Shown here: in pieces, positions 12,346 to 26,420 of the stretch | How the letters are laid out: every line of letters begins with the position of its first letter | Position numbering within the stretch: the stretch's first letter is position 1 | Assembly (NCBI GenBank): GCA_017654855.1 | Contig: CM030337.1 | Location: 620,001-684,000, forward strand | Origin: Podospora anserina | Lineage: Eukaryota | Length of the DNA stretch: 64,000 nucleotides | Reading direction: 5' to 3' | Notes under the pieces: model-generated | Databases searched by the model: none | Told to the model about the DNA's origin: nothing | Seen by the model: only the letters and a program-made list of their open reading frames with translations | Made by a program: the position numbers and the translations under genes

Positions 12346-15210
12346 ATGGCGCCCACTGTCGCCGCTGCTTCGGCAGTGTCGGTCGCGACCAAGGCGAAAC
12401 GCCCCATACCTCCGGGCATACAAACAAACGGCGCCGTGATCACATCACGCTCCTCGCCGTCACCATCCATATCAGCCAAGCGAGCCCCCTCGGCCGTCCG
12501 CCAACCCTCGATTCCCCCAACCACTAACGGCACCACCCCATCATCAGCCCGACCCCCAAACCGGGCACGGCGAGAAGCCTCAGCACAAATACTGGGTAGG
12601 GGCCAGAGGAGTGCAGGCCTTAGATCGGCCAGCCTCGTCCCGGACTCTGCGATATCTCCTACCCTGACGGAACCACCACCATACGGTATGCATGGCGCGC
12701 TGCATGCGCTCGTTGATGTTGCCGTATATGCTAACTTGAACTGCAGTGGTAACTGACGAGTACATTTTGAAAAAATATGCCGGGAACCCGCCCTCCCTCA
12801 TTGTGCATCTATTTCAAACGCATTGGCGATTTGATCAACAAGAGGGCATGTTTCCATACAAATCGCCCATGAAGATCTTCCTCGACCACGTTCGGGAACG
12901 CACTGTCCCCAACGAGCTGCTGGGCTACCTGACCGAGGCGGGGGTTCCTTTCTATGAAGGATGCTTAATTGTGCAGGTACATGATCACAAGACAGCCACC
13001 CAGCAGGTCAAAGACGTTGCTCGGCCGACCTCTGCTCCCTCGAACTCCAAGTCGATGCCGACGCCCTTCTCGATTCACAACTACAACCAGTGTCTCACGC
13101 CATCCTCGTATGTCCCTTACCCAGAAGAGAACCTCAAGGCGAGCGGGGCGGCTGTGCCGGCCAGCGACTCGGACAGCAAACGAAAAACGGCCGAGGAAAA
13201 AGATAAGGAAAACATGCCGGCCCCGAGCGCGCCTATAGATCAGAAGAGCAAAGGACCAGCAAAGCCCAAGATCATCACGGTTGTGCTGCACCCAACACAG
13301 CATAGTTTGCATACAGATCTTATGATTAAGGCCAGCACCCCCCGAGGAGCTTCAGAGTCACGCGCTGATGGAGCTGTTCCTCCGACACCTCACGGAGCTG
13401 TGCCTCCTACCCCTATGGCTGGTAGCATGCCTCCTCCGGCCAAGAAACAGAAACGAGAGAAAATGGAACTGGACTCGAGCAACATCTACGTTGCCGAATC
13501 GCAGATTCTCTTGGCAACAACGGCGCCCTTGGACCTCGAGCCTACAAAGAATGCCGAGGAAACAATAGCCAAGCTCGAGCAGCTCGCGCACCCCGACCAC
13601 TCGCACAAACCACCAGAGCCCAAGACTCGCAAAAGAACCGTGGCGGAGATGGCGGCCGACGAAGCAGCAGCGGCTCAGCAAGAGCGCTACATGCTCATTC
13701 TCGATGAGCGTGCGTCTTCCAAACTGGGCGGTGCTCAAACGGGGGGCAGCGGTGCAGATGGGGATGGCCAAGCGGCAGCTTCCACGTGGGAGCCTAGATT
13801 TGAACGCTTCAAGGTCATTGAGAACATCCAGAAGGAACATGCGGCCAAGAAGGAGGCAGAAAAGCTCAAGCAGGCCGAAAACGAACGCAAGCTCCAGCTG
13901 GCCAAGCAGCAGCAGGAGCAACAAGCTGCTGTTTTGCACGCTCAACAAGCGCAGCAAGCCCAACAGGCGCAACAAGCCGAGGAGAGGAGAAGAAAAGAGC
14001 AGGCGGCAATGCTGCAAAAACAAGAGGCACAGAGGCGAATGCAACAAGCCCAAGCCCAAGCCCAGGCTCAACAAGCGGCTCAAGCAGCTCAGCAGCTGGC
14101 TCAGGCTCAGCAGCAGGCTCAACAACAGGCTCAACAACAGGCTCAACAACAGGCTCAACAACAAGCCAGGGCTCAGCAAGCCCAGGCTCTGGCTCAGCAG
14201 CAAGCTCAACAAGCCCAGGCGCAGCAGGCGGCTCAACAACAGGCGCAGCAGAACCAGGGAATGCAAAATATGGGCACTCCCAATGCTCAGCACAGTCCGA
14301 TGGCCGGCGGCATGGGCAACGGCATGCCCGTCAGCATGGCACCCCAGGCCCAGGCGCGCTTTACCCAAGTCTCACAGCCACAAGCCTCGTCCCCTATCAT
14401 CCGCCAGAATACTCCCCAAGCGGCATCGTCGCCCATGGTTCAAGGTGTTCCCATGCAGCATTCCAACTCCAGCATGGGCCAAGCTGCAAGCCCACCCCGA
14501 CCTTCATCTGTGGTGCAAAACCACCCAATGGCTGCTCCCATGGCTCCCAGCATGTCGGCACGTGGAAGCCAGCAGAGCCATGCTGCCGGTACCCCTAGGA
14601 TGCATTCTGCAACTCCCAATATGGCCCAAGCAACACCAATGACGCGACCCATGGCGGTGCCGACGCCAAGGATGTCCCAAGCAAGCCCACCACCCGGTGT
14701 CTTGACTCCTCAGGCCATGGGACAGGCGATGTTGATGAACGCCCAAGGCATGGCGGGTATGCCAAATGTCAACATCCAGTCCACAGCTCAGCAGATTGCG
14801 GCTCAGCAGCGAATGATGCAACAGCGGCAGCAAATGGGGATGCAAAGCGGGGGTGCCGTGCCTTTGAATCAAATGCAGTTCCAGCAACAACAGGCGATGC
14901 TACAGCGGCAGCTTATGCTTCAGCAACAGCAGCAGCGTGGTCAAATGATGACACAGGGCAACCAGGCTCTCGCAGCCAACTATGCGCAGCAGTTGAACAA
15001 CATGCAGCAACAAGCAGGAATGCAGATGACACCCCAACAGCGCCAGATGCTCATGGCTCAGTCAATGGCGGCAGCCCAACAACAGAACCCTAACATGATG
15101 GCGATGAACGGCATGACGCCACAGCAGGTGGCTCAAATGCAACAAATTCAGTTACAGCAACAGATCCAGCAGCAACAACAATTGCAGGCCCAGCAGAGGG
15201 CCCAGCAACA

Positions 15211-15246
<36 letters not shown>

Positions 15247-15535
15247 AACGCCCCAGCAGATGCAAATGCACGCTCTGCTTCAGCAACCCCAGGTTCAGAG
15301 CCAGATTACCAACCACTCGAACGCTCTATTTACCAAGAGACTGCCCGAGCTCGCTCAACGTTATGGTGGAAATGCGCAAGCAATCCCACAGGAAGAGTTG
15401 GCACAATTCAAGGCGCAGTGTCAACAGCAGGCGGTTGGTCTTGTGACGAGAACGTATGCGCAGAGGAACATGCAGATGCAGGCACAGCGGGCTCAGGCGG
15501 CGGCAATGCAGGGGATGATGCAGCAGGGGATGTAA
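12346..15535 (+). CDS. SPT20: SAGA complex subunit Spt20; exons 12346-12685, 12747-15535
   Basis: Spt20 domain ([29 protein letters not shown]...[13 protein letters not shown]) followed by a very long Q/A/M-rich low-complexity C-terminus. GTATGC..GCTAAC..CAG intron. Confidence 0.9.
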
Positions 15536-16001
15536 CGGGCTGTGAATATGGGGGCATGTTGCTGTTAAGGGGGTCTCAGGTATGGGGAACATACTTATAT
15601 CAAATCATACTCAAAAAGAGGGGGGGGGGTGGTTGTTTTTCATTTGGAGTTTTGCGGGGACAAGGCAAGCGGTGTTTACACGGTGTGGTTGGTTGGTTCC
15701 AGAAAGCTAGGAATTTGGCTCTCTGGCTTTTTTATCGTTTCTTTTATCATTCCGTTGCTTCTTGATTTTTTTTCACAGCCAGGCTTCCCATATTTTGGGG
15801 AAACGGCTAAGACTATATACCCTGGGTTTATGAATTGGGACATTTTTGGTTTGTTTTTTACCCCTTCCCCCCCCTTTTTTTTTAGTAACTAAAGAGCGAT
15901 GAATGAAAAAAGCGAAGAAGGAAGGGGGTTAGTTGGTTTGGTTGGCCAGCGGATGGTGATGAGGGGGATGGGAATGGGGTTGTCAGAAATGTTCATTGCT
16001 G

Positions 16002-16013
16002 CTACTACTACTC

Positions 16014-16077
<64 letters not shown>
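16002..16077. repeat. (CTA)~25 microsatellite with one interruption
   Basis: Direct reading; source of the poly-T/V/S pseudo-ORFs. Confidence 0.95.
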
Positions 16078-16079
<2 letters not shown>

Positions 16080-16669
16080 GTGTATTTTGTACTGTTGGAT
16101 TGGAAATGGGAAAGGGGGTGGGGAAAGGGATAAGGTAGGGAAGGAAGGGGTTGTGTGTCAATTTGGGCCATAGTATATATTTACAAGATGAATCTAATGC
16201 CTGTGGTAGATGTGATTTGTGAGTTTCCAGTGTCGTGACTTAGATTGGGGTGAGCTTAAAGGTTACACGTGACAGGTCACGAGTGGGTGGCCGATTAATG
16301 TGCGGTTGGTTTGGGTTTAGGACGCACGGACCAAAAGGCGTCGCGTTTCGGGGTGTGTGCTATGACGGAATAGTTCTGGTGCCTCTCTCTCTTCCCGTCG
16401 TTGTGAGCAGCAGCTGCAGAAAGAGAGGCGTGGATCTACTGTTGTTCGCTTTTTTATTTTAGCTTCGACAAGAAAGCTTCTTGCTGTTGCGAACATCATT
16501 TCCCTGTTTCACGCCCACTTCTCTCACTCACCGGACCTTTTTTTCTTCTTCAAGTTATTTATCAGCACTAAGGCTTTTTGCTATTTTCGTATCTTTCTTG
16601 CTGCCGTTGCGACCAACCAACCAACCGAGCCGGAACACAACGATCGCATCAACACACACACACACAAAG

Positions 16670-17810
16670 ATGAGATCAACATCATGGCTCCCGCTGCTGT
16701 CGTCCTCGATGGCAGTGATGATAACAGCATCCCCCGCCCCCGCCGCCGCAAAGTTCAACTGCGAGAAGCTCCCCGTCGACGGGTACACCTACAACTTCAA
16801 GGAGCTTTCGGGGCCGCACACGGTCGTCACGAGCGAGTTTCTTGCGCCGAGTTACCACAACACGACGTACACGATTGATTTGTGTGGGGGGTTGAAATCA
16901 AAGACTGGGGGGGAGAGGGAGAGGTGTCCTGAGGGGACGAGGGGTGAGTTTTACACGACGTCTGGTAAAACGGACAAGGGGCTGACTGAGAATTAGTATG
17001 CGCGATCAAGCACAAGTGGGACCCGAAAACGGACAAGGCGACGGTGGATCACTTTGTGCCTATTGTGGTGGAGAAGAAGGATGGTGGGTTTGAGTGGGAG
17101 GCTAAGAGGTTACCTGCTGAGGAGGCAAAGGGGAAGGGTGATGAGGATAAGAAAAAGGAGGGGCTGAGGGTTACCCTCAAGGGGGGGAAGTATCTTGGGA
17201 GACAGCAGCAGACGGTGGTGGAGTTTAAGTGTTCGGGTCTCAAAGGGGATGAGGAGGAGTGGGATAGTAAGAAGTTGGTTGAGTATGAGAGGGTGAACAA
17301 GAGGAGGAGGGCGGAAGATGAGGGGGATGATGGGTTCAGCACGCCGGAGCATCAGCTCAGGAAGGAGGGGGCGGCGCTGGTTTGGGAGGGGTATAAGAGT
17401 GATGGGGAGGTTGATACGTTGGCTTTGACGTGGTATACCAAGTTTGTTTGTGACAAGGCTGTGGGGGATGAGCCGGAGAAGGGGAAGGAGCCGGAGGAAG
17501 GTGGGGGGGAGAGTGCGCATTGGGGGTTTTTTACTTGGTTTGTGGTTTTGTGAGTATCTTTTGCTCCATTGGGGGGGTCGTGATGAATGGGTTTGCTAAC
17601 ATGGGATTGAACAGGGTTTTTCTCGGCATCGCAACGTACCTCATCTTTGGCTCGTGGCTCAACTACAACCGGTATGGCGCTCGGGGGTGGGATTTGCTTC
17701 CCCATGGTGACACGCTCAGGGATGTCCCGTACCTACTCAAGGACTGGATGCGGAGAGCTCTTAACACGATACAAAGCAGTGGCAGCAGGGGGGGATACTC
17801 AGCCGTGTAG
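16670..17810 (+). CDS. ATG27: Autophagy protein Atg27 (type I membrane, M6PR-like domain); exons 16670-16943, 16997-17549, 17615-17810
   Basis: Signal peptide, Cys-containing lumenal domain (NTTYTIDLC), TM WGFFTWFVVLVFLGIATYLIFGSW, tail NYNRYGARGWDLLPH...RGGYSAV with terminal YxxPhi motif. Confidence 0.93.
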
Positions 17811-18578
17811 GGGCGGGGGAGTTATGATGGGCGGCAGGGATACACTGGAGGAGGTGGATGGGGACGAAGTAGTAGCAGTTGGGAGCGGTTTTGATGGGAT
17901 ACCTACTAGACTTTCTTTTGTTTTTTGTCGGTGCTCCTAATCCATGTGGGTTTCAAATCCAGTTATACAACATTGGTGGTGTTTTGGGTGGACGGATCAT
18001 TGGGGGGTATGGGGGCGCGTTTTTTATTCAATGATAATATTGTTATGGCCAGGATGAGAGAGGGTATCGCTAATTGATAGGATTTGTATTGATGATGCAT
18101 TTTCTGATAGCGGATAAATGATTGCCATTGATGTAGTTGCGGACCTTGATGGTTGTCTTAGTCAGGGTGCGGATCACATGCCTCTCGGCCGCGTTGCCGC
18201 CACCAAGCCAGCCAGCGCCGGGTCCCGCGTGATCGGATCCGGCTTGTTTTTTGGAGTGAGGGATGGGAATGGGAAACGGAAGACCGGGATTCGCGGGGAC
18301 CGACTCGAGTTTCGTTCTTTCCTTTTTTTTTAATGTTGTATTGTGGAAGCTTTTCAAACTTGTGATATTTGTGCGATTGTAGGTGTTGTGTCTGGTGTGT
18401 GCAAATCAAGCCGAGGTAAGCAACTTGGTTGATCAAGAGGACACCGGCGGAACATGGTATCCTGATGCGTTTTATCACTAACACTTTTGTTTTCTCAGTC
18501 TCTCAGTTTCACTTTTTGACTTTCTATTCTCATTCTCACCCTCATTCTCATCAACCACCACCATAACCAACCGATAAA

Positions 18579-19409
18579 ATGGCCACCCCAGGCAAAACCC
18601 TCTTCGCAATCCCCATCCCCCCTCTAAACCAACACCCCGGCGGGACCGTCACCGTCACCCTCCCCGCCCCGGCAGTGTACCTCTTAACCATCACCTCCCC
18701 CCCAGACAACCGCCTCACCACCGCCTCCTGCACCGCCATCCTCGACGCGTTGGACCTGATCGAATTCGGTGGTTACACCCCCGGCGTCGTCATCACAACT
18801 TCCGGCCTCCCCAAGTTCTTCTCCAACGGCCTCGACCTCGAGCACGCGCTTGGAACAGAAGGGTTCCTGCCCGGGGTGCTGTACAGACTTTTCAACCGGT
18901 ACCTCACCTACCCCATGCCCACCATCGCCCTCCTCCCGGGCCACGCCTTCGCTGGAGGGCTAATGCTGGCTATGCACAACGACTATCGGGTCATGAATCC
19001 CGCCAAAGGGTTCGCGTGTGTGAATGAGTTGGAGTTTGGGGTTCCGCTCAAGGCTGCCATGTCCTCTATCTTCAGACTTAAGCTCCCTCCTGCGACCTAT
19101 AGGGATTTGGTTCTTGAGGCGAAACGTTTCTCCGGGGAAGAGGGGGTCAAGGCAGGGTTGGTGGACAGAACGGGCGGGTTGGATCAGGCGCTGGAGTTGA
19201 TAAAGGAGAGGAAGCTGACCAACAAGGCCAAGACGGGGATTTATGGGTTGCTAAAGGCCGAGATGTACAGGGAGTCGGTTGGGTTTTTGACGCAGGCGGG
19301 GTACGACAAAGAGGAGGAGAAGGACAGGTTGATGATTGAGGGGGAGGATAAGCGGAAGGAGGAGGCCGAGGGGAAGTTGGGGTCTATCAAGGAGAAGGCC
19401 AAGTTGTGA
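18579..19409 (+). CDS. Crotonase-family enoyl-CoA hydratase/isomerase (Delta3,Delta2 isomerase-like), peroxisomal
   Basis: KFFSNGLDL, PTIALLPGHAFAGGLMLAMHNDYR and VNELEFG motifs; C-terminal -AKL = PTS1; single exon, 276 aa. Confidence 0.88.
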   Translation: MATPGKTLFAIPIPPLNQHPGGTVTVTLPAPAVYLLTITSPPDNRLTTASCTAILDALDLIEFGGYTPGVVITTSGLPKFFSNGLDLEHALGTEGFLPGVLYRLFNRYLTYPMPTIALLPGHAFAGGLMLAMHNDYRVMNPAKGFACVNELEFGVPLKAAMSSIFRLKLPPATYRDLVLEAKRFSGEEGVKAGLVDRTGGLDQALELIKERKLTNKAKTGIYGLLKAEMYRESVGFLTQAGYDKEEEKDRLMIEGEDKRKEEAEGKLGSIKEKAKL

Positions 19410-19982
19410 GGGATGGAGAGAGAGAGAGAGAGAGACAGTGAGTGTGTGTGAGAGAGAGAAGGGAGTGTTAAAGAAAGGACATCAGCGAATGATTTACTAC
19501 AGATGTTGTATCTTTTTTTTTGGTCTACACTACTACATCCTCTCTACCTGCGAAAGCAAAAACCGGCCGTTGCATAATTCATCAAACCAGACAGAACAAA
19601 AGACAGAGACACCAAACCCAGCCGGATCAGTAAATAAACAGAAATATCATCACAATCAAACACATTTCTCGAGACCGCCACCTCAAAGAGACCCAGCGCC
19701 ATCAATATATTCTTGCGCTGTGAACAAAAAAAAACAAAAAAAACAAATCCAAGTTGAGAATTTCAGTTACAGAGAGACAAAAATAAAAATAAAAACGCCA
19801 AACAATGCAGGGTATGGTAACATACAACGCCGTATACTCCCTCCCCTCTTCCCTGCCTTGATTTGCCTTGCCATAATGAAAAGGCCTTCCCTTGCCACTC
19901 TTAAAACGTACAACTCAAAACAGGTTGTGGTATACTCCGCCATGTACGGGCTTTGTTATTCTTCCCCCACGTCACTTCGTTC

Positions 19983-22900
19983 TCACTCACTAACGGACCC
20001 CTCATCATCGTAATCCTCCGGATATCCCATCGCTTCCCCATTTCCTGACGACACCAACCCCATCTGGGCCCTCGTGTCTCGCTGAATCTTGAGGAAGTAC
20101 ATCCTCAAGCTGTGCAAACCCCGCATGAACCCTCTGTCTGGCTCTCCGGGGTGCCTCGGTGGGCAGGCCTTGTCCTCCATCGGATCATACGGCGTGATGC
20201 AGTTGGCAAAGTCGGCAATCTTGAAGTCGATATCCCGCTTGCTCTTCTTCTGTCTCCTCGGGGCCTCCTCCGTGTCCGTCGCGAAATCAGTTGTTGAGTC
20301 GTCGATGGCTGCGGTTTCGTAGCCGTTGCTGGCGTCCGCCGAAGTGTCACCGTCGTAAAACATGAGCAGACTCGCCGCGTAGAACCGGTACCCCTTCAAC
20401 CTGCCCACGATCACCTCCAGCTCATCCAGCTTCCGGAGAACAGTGGGAATATGTCGAAGAATACTGGCCGGGTCAACACCGTCATACAAAAACCGTGTCA
20501 GTGCACCCTGGAACTCTCCTCCCTTCTTCAGAGTCCGGCCGTAGTACTTGTCCCTAAAAACATAGCTCTGCGTCTGAACGTCCCACACCTGAAGCCCGCA
20601 GACCCTGACGCCCAGTTCGCGAGATGTGGTCTTGGCACACTTGCCTTTCTGCGATTGCTGCTTCTTGGGGTTCGCATCCACGCCATACTGCCGGGTGCCC
20701 ATCTTCAGATCCATGATGCAAGGCCTCTTCATGCCTGCCGTCAAGTCCTCCAGGAGCAAAAAGTACTCGACGCGGGAGTCGCTCTGCGTTTGAGCCTCCT
20801 TGGGGTTGATAGGCCGGGGAATCTTCTTGAACTCGGAAGTTGGACTGGGGAGCGCTGAAGTGGCAGCCGAGGTGATGGCCGAGACAAAGGCATTGGGATG
20901 CTGAACTTCGCCACCCCCATTGATGGTCGCCTCAACTGGTTGTTCTGCTGGGGGGGTGAGAGCATTCGCTTTCACGGGAGTCTTGGGGTTGGGCACAATC
21001 TCGTCACGGGTACCCTTGTAGACAACCTCGTCCGCCTCTTCGAAATACTTCAGGTTGCCACGGTCGTCGCGGACATCGTCCGGCTTTCGACGCAGGCCCG
21101 TCCCAGAGTACCGGCGCTTCTTCTTAAGAGCTGCGGGCGACGATCCTCCGAAGATTTCAGGCTCTGGAGCACTAGTTCCCGTGACATCCTTGGGTGCACC
21201 CTCGTCCTCCTCGCCCTCTGCGTCGCAGAATGTGTCAATGTGACCGAGATCACTCTGTGTCTGCGCCAAGGAGCTTGCACTCAGTGTACGCTCAGCAGCC
21301 TCTCTGGCTGCCTGGGCCCTCTTCTCGTGAGATTCTGCCAGACTCGGATCTGATCCGGTCGGGCGAAGTGACTGCTGAAGGGTACGCCTCGGCATTGGAC
21401 GCTGGTGTCCCTTGCGGTGCCGATGAATCGCAATCGGCTGCTTGAGGAAGGCATCATTGAAGACCTCATTCCGGAGTCTCTTGTTCACCGTGGTGGCGCC
21501 CCAGCTGTTGGCATGCCGGTCGGAAAGACTGGGGCGCGTCAGCGCAGTCTTGGTGGGTGTCACGGGTACATCTTGCGGCGCTGTCTCGCTGTGCGGAAGT
21601 GTTGATGCCGAGGAACTCCTAAATCTTCCGCCCAGGCTTGGCGGACTCGGCAACGAGGGCTGGAGGAGACTTCGAGGCAGAATATGCTGATTGTCAACAA
21701 ACGTAACTGTAGGAATCTGGCCTTGGTTGTTCTGCAGTGATTGGCTGATCATTCTGGGGCGATCAGTGGGGGGGTCAGCTTCGTGAGAAGTCCGGCTTGT
21801 CCCGTTCGCCTTCGAGTCGCCATCTGGGTGATGACGGTCCACTGCATGATCATCTCTTTTCATGGTTGACTTGCGACGAGACTGTTTCTGAAATGTGACA
21901 TTCAACACCCCAATATATCTAAGCCCATTTGTTAGCAAGAATCCTGGATGCCTTGGACAGAATAGACATACCTCGGGAGGAAGGCAAGAAGATCGCGATG
22001 GTAGTGCTCAATCTTTTCGTAAAACTCATTTTCTCTGTTGTTCAGCTGCTTACAGACAGCTCGCTTGGAGAACCTCCACAGAGTGGTATGGCCGCCAACT
22101 TGATGCTTGTATGGAATCAGCTCAATGGCCTCTAATGGCTGCGTGGGCTCCAGCTGATGGTCATGGACGGCTTCTTCATGATACTGGGAGACTGGACGGG
22201 ACGGCTTGGCAGATACATCTCTGCTTTCAACAGCAGCCGCCGGGCCGGCAGGTTGAGTGATGTCTAGTTCAGGTGCTACACTAGAGCTTTGGGTAGGTTC
22301 AGACTTGAGTTTTCTGTCTATTGGCTCCCCGTGTTCGTCAAACTCTGGCTCGTCAGCTTTGACAAGCCACGGATGAAAATCGTCATGTCGAGACTGGGTT
22401 CGTGCCGGCACACTCCTAGGGGGCGCACCAGGCACTGGGGCGTGCTCTGTTGGCTGTTCGGGGGGCGCTTGATGCGGGACGAACACTGCCGACGAGATCT
22501 TTTCCTCTCCCGACTCGTCGCCCTCATCAACCGCACTATCCCCGCCTCCGGTGCTGGCATCCGACTCCCGTCGCAGTTCCAACCCGCCAGAGCATGGCTC
22601 AGTCGGCTCCACATGTTGTTGGTCATGGGCAGCAAGCTTGCAAGGCGACTTTGCTGGCTTCACAGGGCTGGCGTGAAGTGAGGTTTCCATGTGCTTGGAA
22701 ACAAAATAATCTTCCGGGGCTTCTTCGATTGTCTCAACTGCGTCAGGCGTGCGCAGTCCGGCCGGGGTCGTCTTGGCCCGCGGTGGCCCTTTGGCCGTGT
22801 GAGTCTTGTCATCAAGATCACGAGTCTTGGTTTTGTTGACATCGCCTTCTTTGAGTAGTCCTTCACCTTCGTGGGCGATATCCCCTGTCTTCTCTCGATG

Positions 22901-24025
22901 GGTGGAAGGCCGGGTCTCTTTCCGTTTCACTTTCTCTTCCGGGAGACCTTCTTTGAAGAATCGCAGGCTGTGACTGGCTTTCCGACTGCGCGCATTCGGC
23001 TCGTGTCCGGCCAAGGCCTGGGTAATAGACTTTTCAACCTGACCGCTGTCCCCGTCACTGTCAATCTCTCCCGTCCCGATAGACCAGGCCTTCTCGGGCC
23101 CCAAAGACACCCTGTGCTCCGTCTTCCAAGTCCTGAGGACGGGCCGCTCTTCGATTGCAGTGTTCTCGTCGGCATGTCCATCGTACATGGCGGTAGGTGA
23201 GTCGGTGAAGAGGGCATGGCCGCTGGGTGTATCGGCAGCAAAGGTGTTGGCCCGATTGCCAAGGCGATTCTTGAAGTCCCCCTCTCGATCTTTGGTCTTG
23301 GCCAGAAACTCGCGGTGGCCGTTGAGCATTGAGTTGACCTCGCCGAGATCAATGTCCAGCCTGCCAAAAGCAGGTGGCGCCACCGTGGTTGCCACAGAGG
23401 TCAATGAAGGCATGGTCGGCTTTCGGGGAGAGACTCGCTGCGCTAGAACATCACCTTCTCCGTGATGCGGCGGGCCATGACGGGGATCTCGAGGTTTGAC
23501 GTCACGGTTCGAGGGAGGATGGTGTGAGGAGTCGACAGCGGACTGGCTGGCGGCGGTGGAGGAATCTATATGGGAAGATGAGGAATGTCGAGGGATGCCA
23601 CGGGCTGTCGCGAGGGCTTGGGTCAGCAGGGAGGGGCCCTGTGGTCTCTGTAGAACGGCAGGACCCCGGGCATATTTAATCTGATCTGCATGGGTGGTGC
23701 CGTGCTGCGGTGCTGGTGTCGCTGGTGGTGGTGGTACCGTCGAGGATGTTGCTTCTTCTTGTGTTGCGGGAGGAGGACCGGGGGCCGGACCGGGTGCAGG
23801 TGGAGGAGGGGGTGCGTCGGTATTAATAGAGTCGGGGCCGGGGTGAGGCGCAGACGACAAGGCGGGAGGGAGAGGGGGAGCAGGAGGGATGGCAGGCGGT
23901 GGGGGAGGAGGGGGAGGAAGAGCTGGTGGTGATGAAGAAGAAGAAGAACAGGTACCGGTAGCCCTTTCGGGGCTCACCAGAGCAGCGGGTGCGGCATTTT
24001 CGGGTGGACAGGGCGAGTTGGACAT
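19983..24025 (-). CDS. KCS1: Inositol hexakisphosphate kinase Kcs1; exons 24025-21972, 21918-19983
   Basis: HQVGGH, ENEFYE, FLLLEDLT...PCIMDLKMGTRQYG, FYAASLL and KIADFA inositol polyphosphate kinase motifs. Intron 21971-21919 gives FLPR|YIGVL. Confidence 0.92.
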
Positions 24026-26420
24026 GAGGTGAACATCTGGCGGTGGTGGTGGGGGAAGGGGGAAAAAAGGTGGGAGGGGAGAATGGTCTGTCCGTCCAGG
24101 TCGTGGTTGATTTCTCTGTGTGGTCAGGGACGGGAAAGGTTTGGTGGTTTTCGGGAGACCTTACGCTACTCCGCTGGGCTGGGCTGGGCTGAGCTGATCC
24201 CCTGCCTGGTCGATTGGTAGTGGAGTGCGGACAGTAAAACGCTGGCACTGTGTGCTGAGAAACAGGCAAAGTCGCAAACGGCTGTCGGGGAGTGCAGAAG
24301 GTACCTGGCGGCATGTATTTTGGACAGAATAAAAAAAGAGAGAACTTTCAAATGATGTATCCTGTGCAGGCCTCTGACGCAAAGGCGGGAAAAGTGGCTA
24401 TTTGTCTGTGGCGGATCCAATTCCACCGCTAGCGCCCTGGGCCCTTCTCCATAGCAGGCATCGCCCTGAAGGCCCGAACTCGGCAGCACCCAGCCAGCAG
24501 CCAGCAGCCAGCACCACCACAGCACGTTTTCAGGACGCTCTTTGTTATAGGATATTTGTATTCGCCTGGGATGCCTATCCACCATTCCTCCATCATTTAT
24601 AACACCTCCAGGGCTACTTTACGGAGTCGGTGTAGGTACTTCCTGAGAATGGTCTCTTTCTCTGACGTCGTTGTAGCACACACCCCCAAACGTCCAAAGC
24701 TTCTTGCTCCTTCGAGAATGGCCTCATGCAGCTCTTCGGGTCCGCAACCCACGCGGTGCCTGCTTGGCCCGCATCTAGCCTACCTAGCAGTTGCTCACAA
24801 GGCAGTCCCGAACCCATCGCAGCGGTGCATCTGGCTGGGGCTCATTCTTCTACAATAAACACACGTGTAGAGATACCGACAGCTGTTTCCTTGCAACCCC
24901 TCTTCACCATCCAATCACTTACACACACTCTGCCCTCTACTACACCGCTTCCTAGTCACGACTTTGCAACACTGTTCAAAACATTGCAATTCATTGGCAG
25001 CTGTTACGCAATCGAATCTGGGACCAAGATTTCAGCAACTCGCAGATCCCCTCAGATAATGCTGAACCTCACGGCCCGGGCGGCCTCACAATCACCGACC
25101 TCGCATATCACTTATCATCCTGTGCTACCCTCCCACAGCAACCCACAGCACCTTACACTCAGCCGAGCCGATACACGGAGATAATAACATAGGTCTCATA
25201 TCGCTAATCGCCTGACAGAACGACCATCATCCGTTAGATATACCCAGTGCCTATCACGTCCCGTCGTGCTCTGGCTCTGTGGATGGACGTGCGCCTTGCA
25301 ACTTTGCCCGACCATCTCGTCCCTACAAAAGCCTCGCAGCCCAAACGTCGGGAACGGCCAATCAAGCAGCAACGTGGGAAACGTGCTCTCCACCGGCCGC
25401 AAGACAAGCCCACGGATCCCAGTATTCTCTGTTGCATCTACAATCTACCGTTGATGCGCGGCGGCACAGTGTCCGCTTTTGCCGTCAGCCCAAGCCCCAG
25501 TCCGAACCTCCGTCGAAAGCCTCCGATCAACCTGTTTGGACCCGATTGATCCTGCCATCGAGATCTTGCCAAGATATATATTTCACTTCATGTTTACGCC
25601 GGCATGTTGTGCCATGTTTCCATGGTAAGGCCTCGGGAAATCATCCAAGGATTTCAAGTGAACCAAACCCCGTCGAATATCTGGTCAATGAGGGAGGGGG
25701 ATTATCACCAACGGCAGGTAGTCACTGAGGCTCTTACTAGTCATACACTCCCCCCCTCTTACTCCTACATGCAGAGCAACCCCCCATCGGCCATCCGGAA
25801 CTCTTGATGATCTTGGCTTTGCCCTGCCTCCAGGACAGGCTTCGTTTCTTCTTTGAAAGAAAAACACCCCCCGAGGATACACCGCGTTCCACCGCAGACA
25901 AAACAGGAATTCCAGGAAGTCCTTTCTACCGAAAAAGCCCAAGTAACACGACAGGCAAGACATTTTCAGAATGTCTTATCTCGTCTCATTGGAGCAATAA
26001 CCGGACGGACCCTTTCGTCCCTGAGGCTTGGGTCTCAGAATTGGAATTGTCCAACGAGATGTGCCGGATGGCCCATGTGCGCACCACACCACCACCACCA
26101 CCACCACACGCCCACCAGTCTGTCAATCGTATCGTGGCTTTTTATCGGGTGCCATGTTGTGCAAGATGAGACATGCTTGCGCTTGCATGGCTAGATGCTG
26201 CATGTTTGAGATGGATCGACTGGGTGGGTGGACGGGGATGTTTTTTGGTTGTCAAGGGGGTTTGACCGCCGGTTGAGGTTTTCCTTGATGATGTCTCGTA
26301 TATTCAGGGACATTGAGGAAAACCAACGGGACGTCGTTGCTGAGCCATGTGTGAGTGCTTCGCAGCGTTAAGGTATGGGATATGGACAATGTCCATTCAT
26401 GTCAGCCTGTTGCCGTCATC

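Noticed and set aside
13358-14642. Long antisense and alternate-frame ORFs over SPT20 (likewise 27975-29000, 39291-40103, 47461-48372)
   Set aside because: Shadow ORFs caused by repetitive or strongly biased codon usage of the real gene.
17808-17894. ATG27 TAG-G readthrough adding GRGSYDGRQGYTGGGGWGRSSSSWERF
   Set aside because: Short, explained by the G-rich 3'UTR, and the native stop leaves the conserved YSAV motif terminal.
19336-20013. 225-aa ORF between convergent genes
   Set aside because: Non-ATG start; spans GA repeats and A-tracts of two 3'UTRs.
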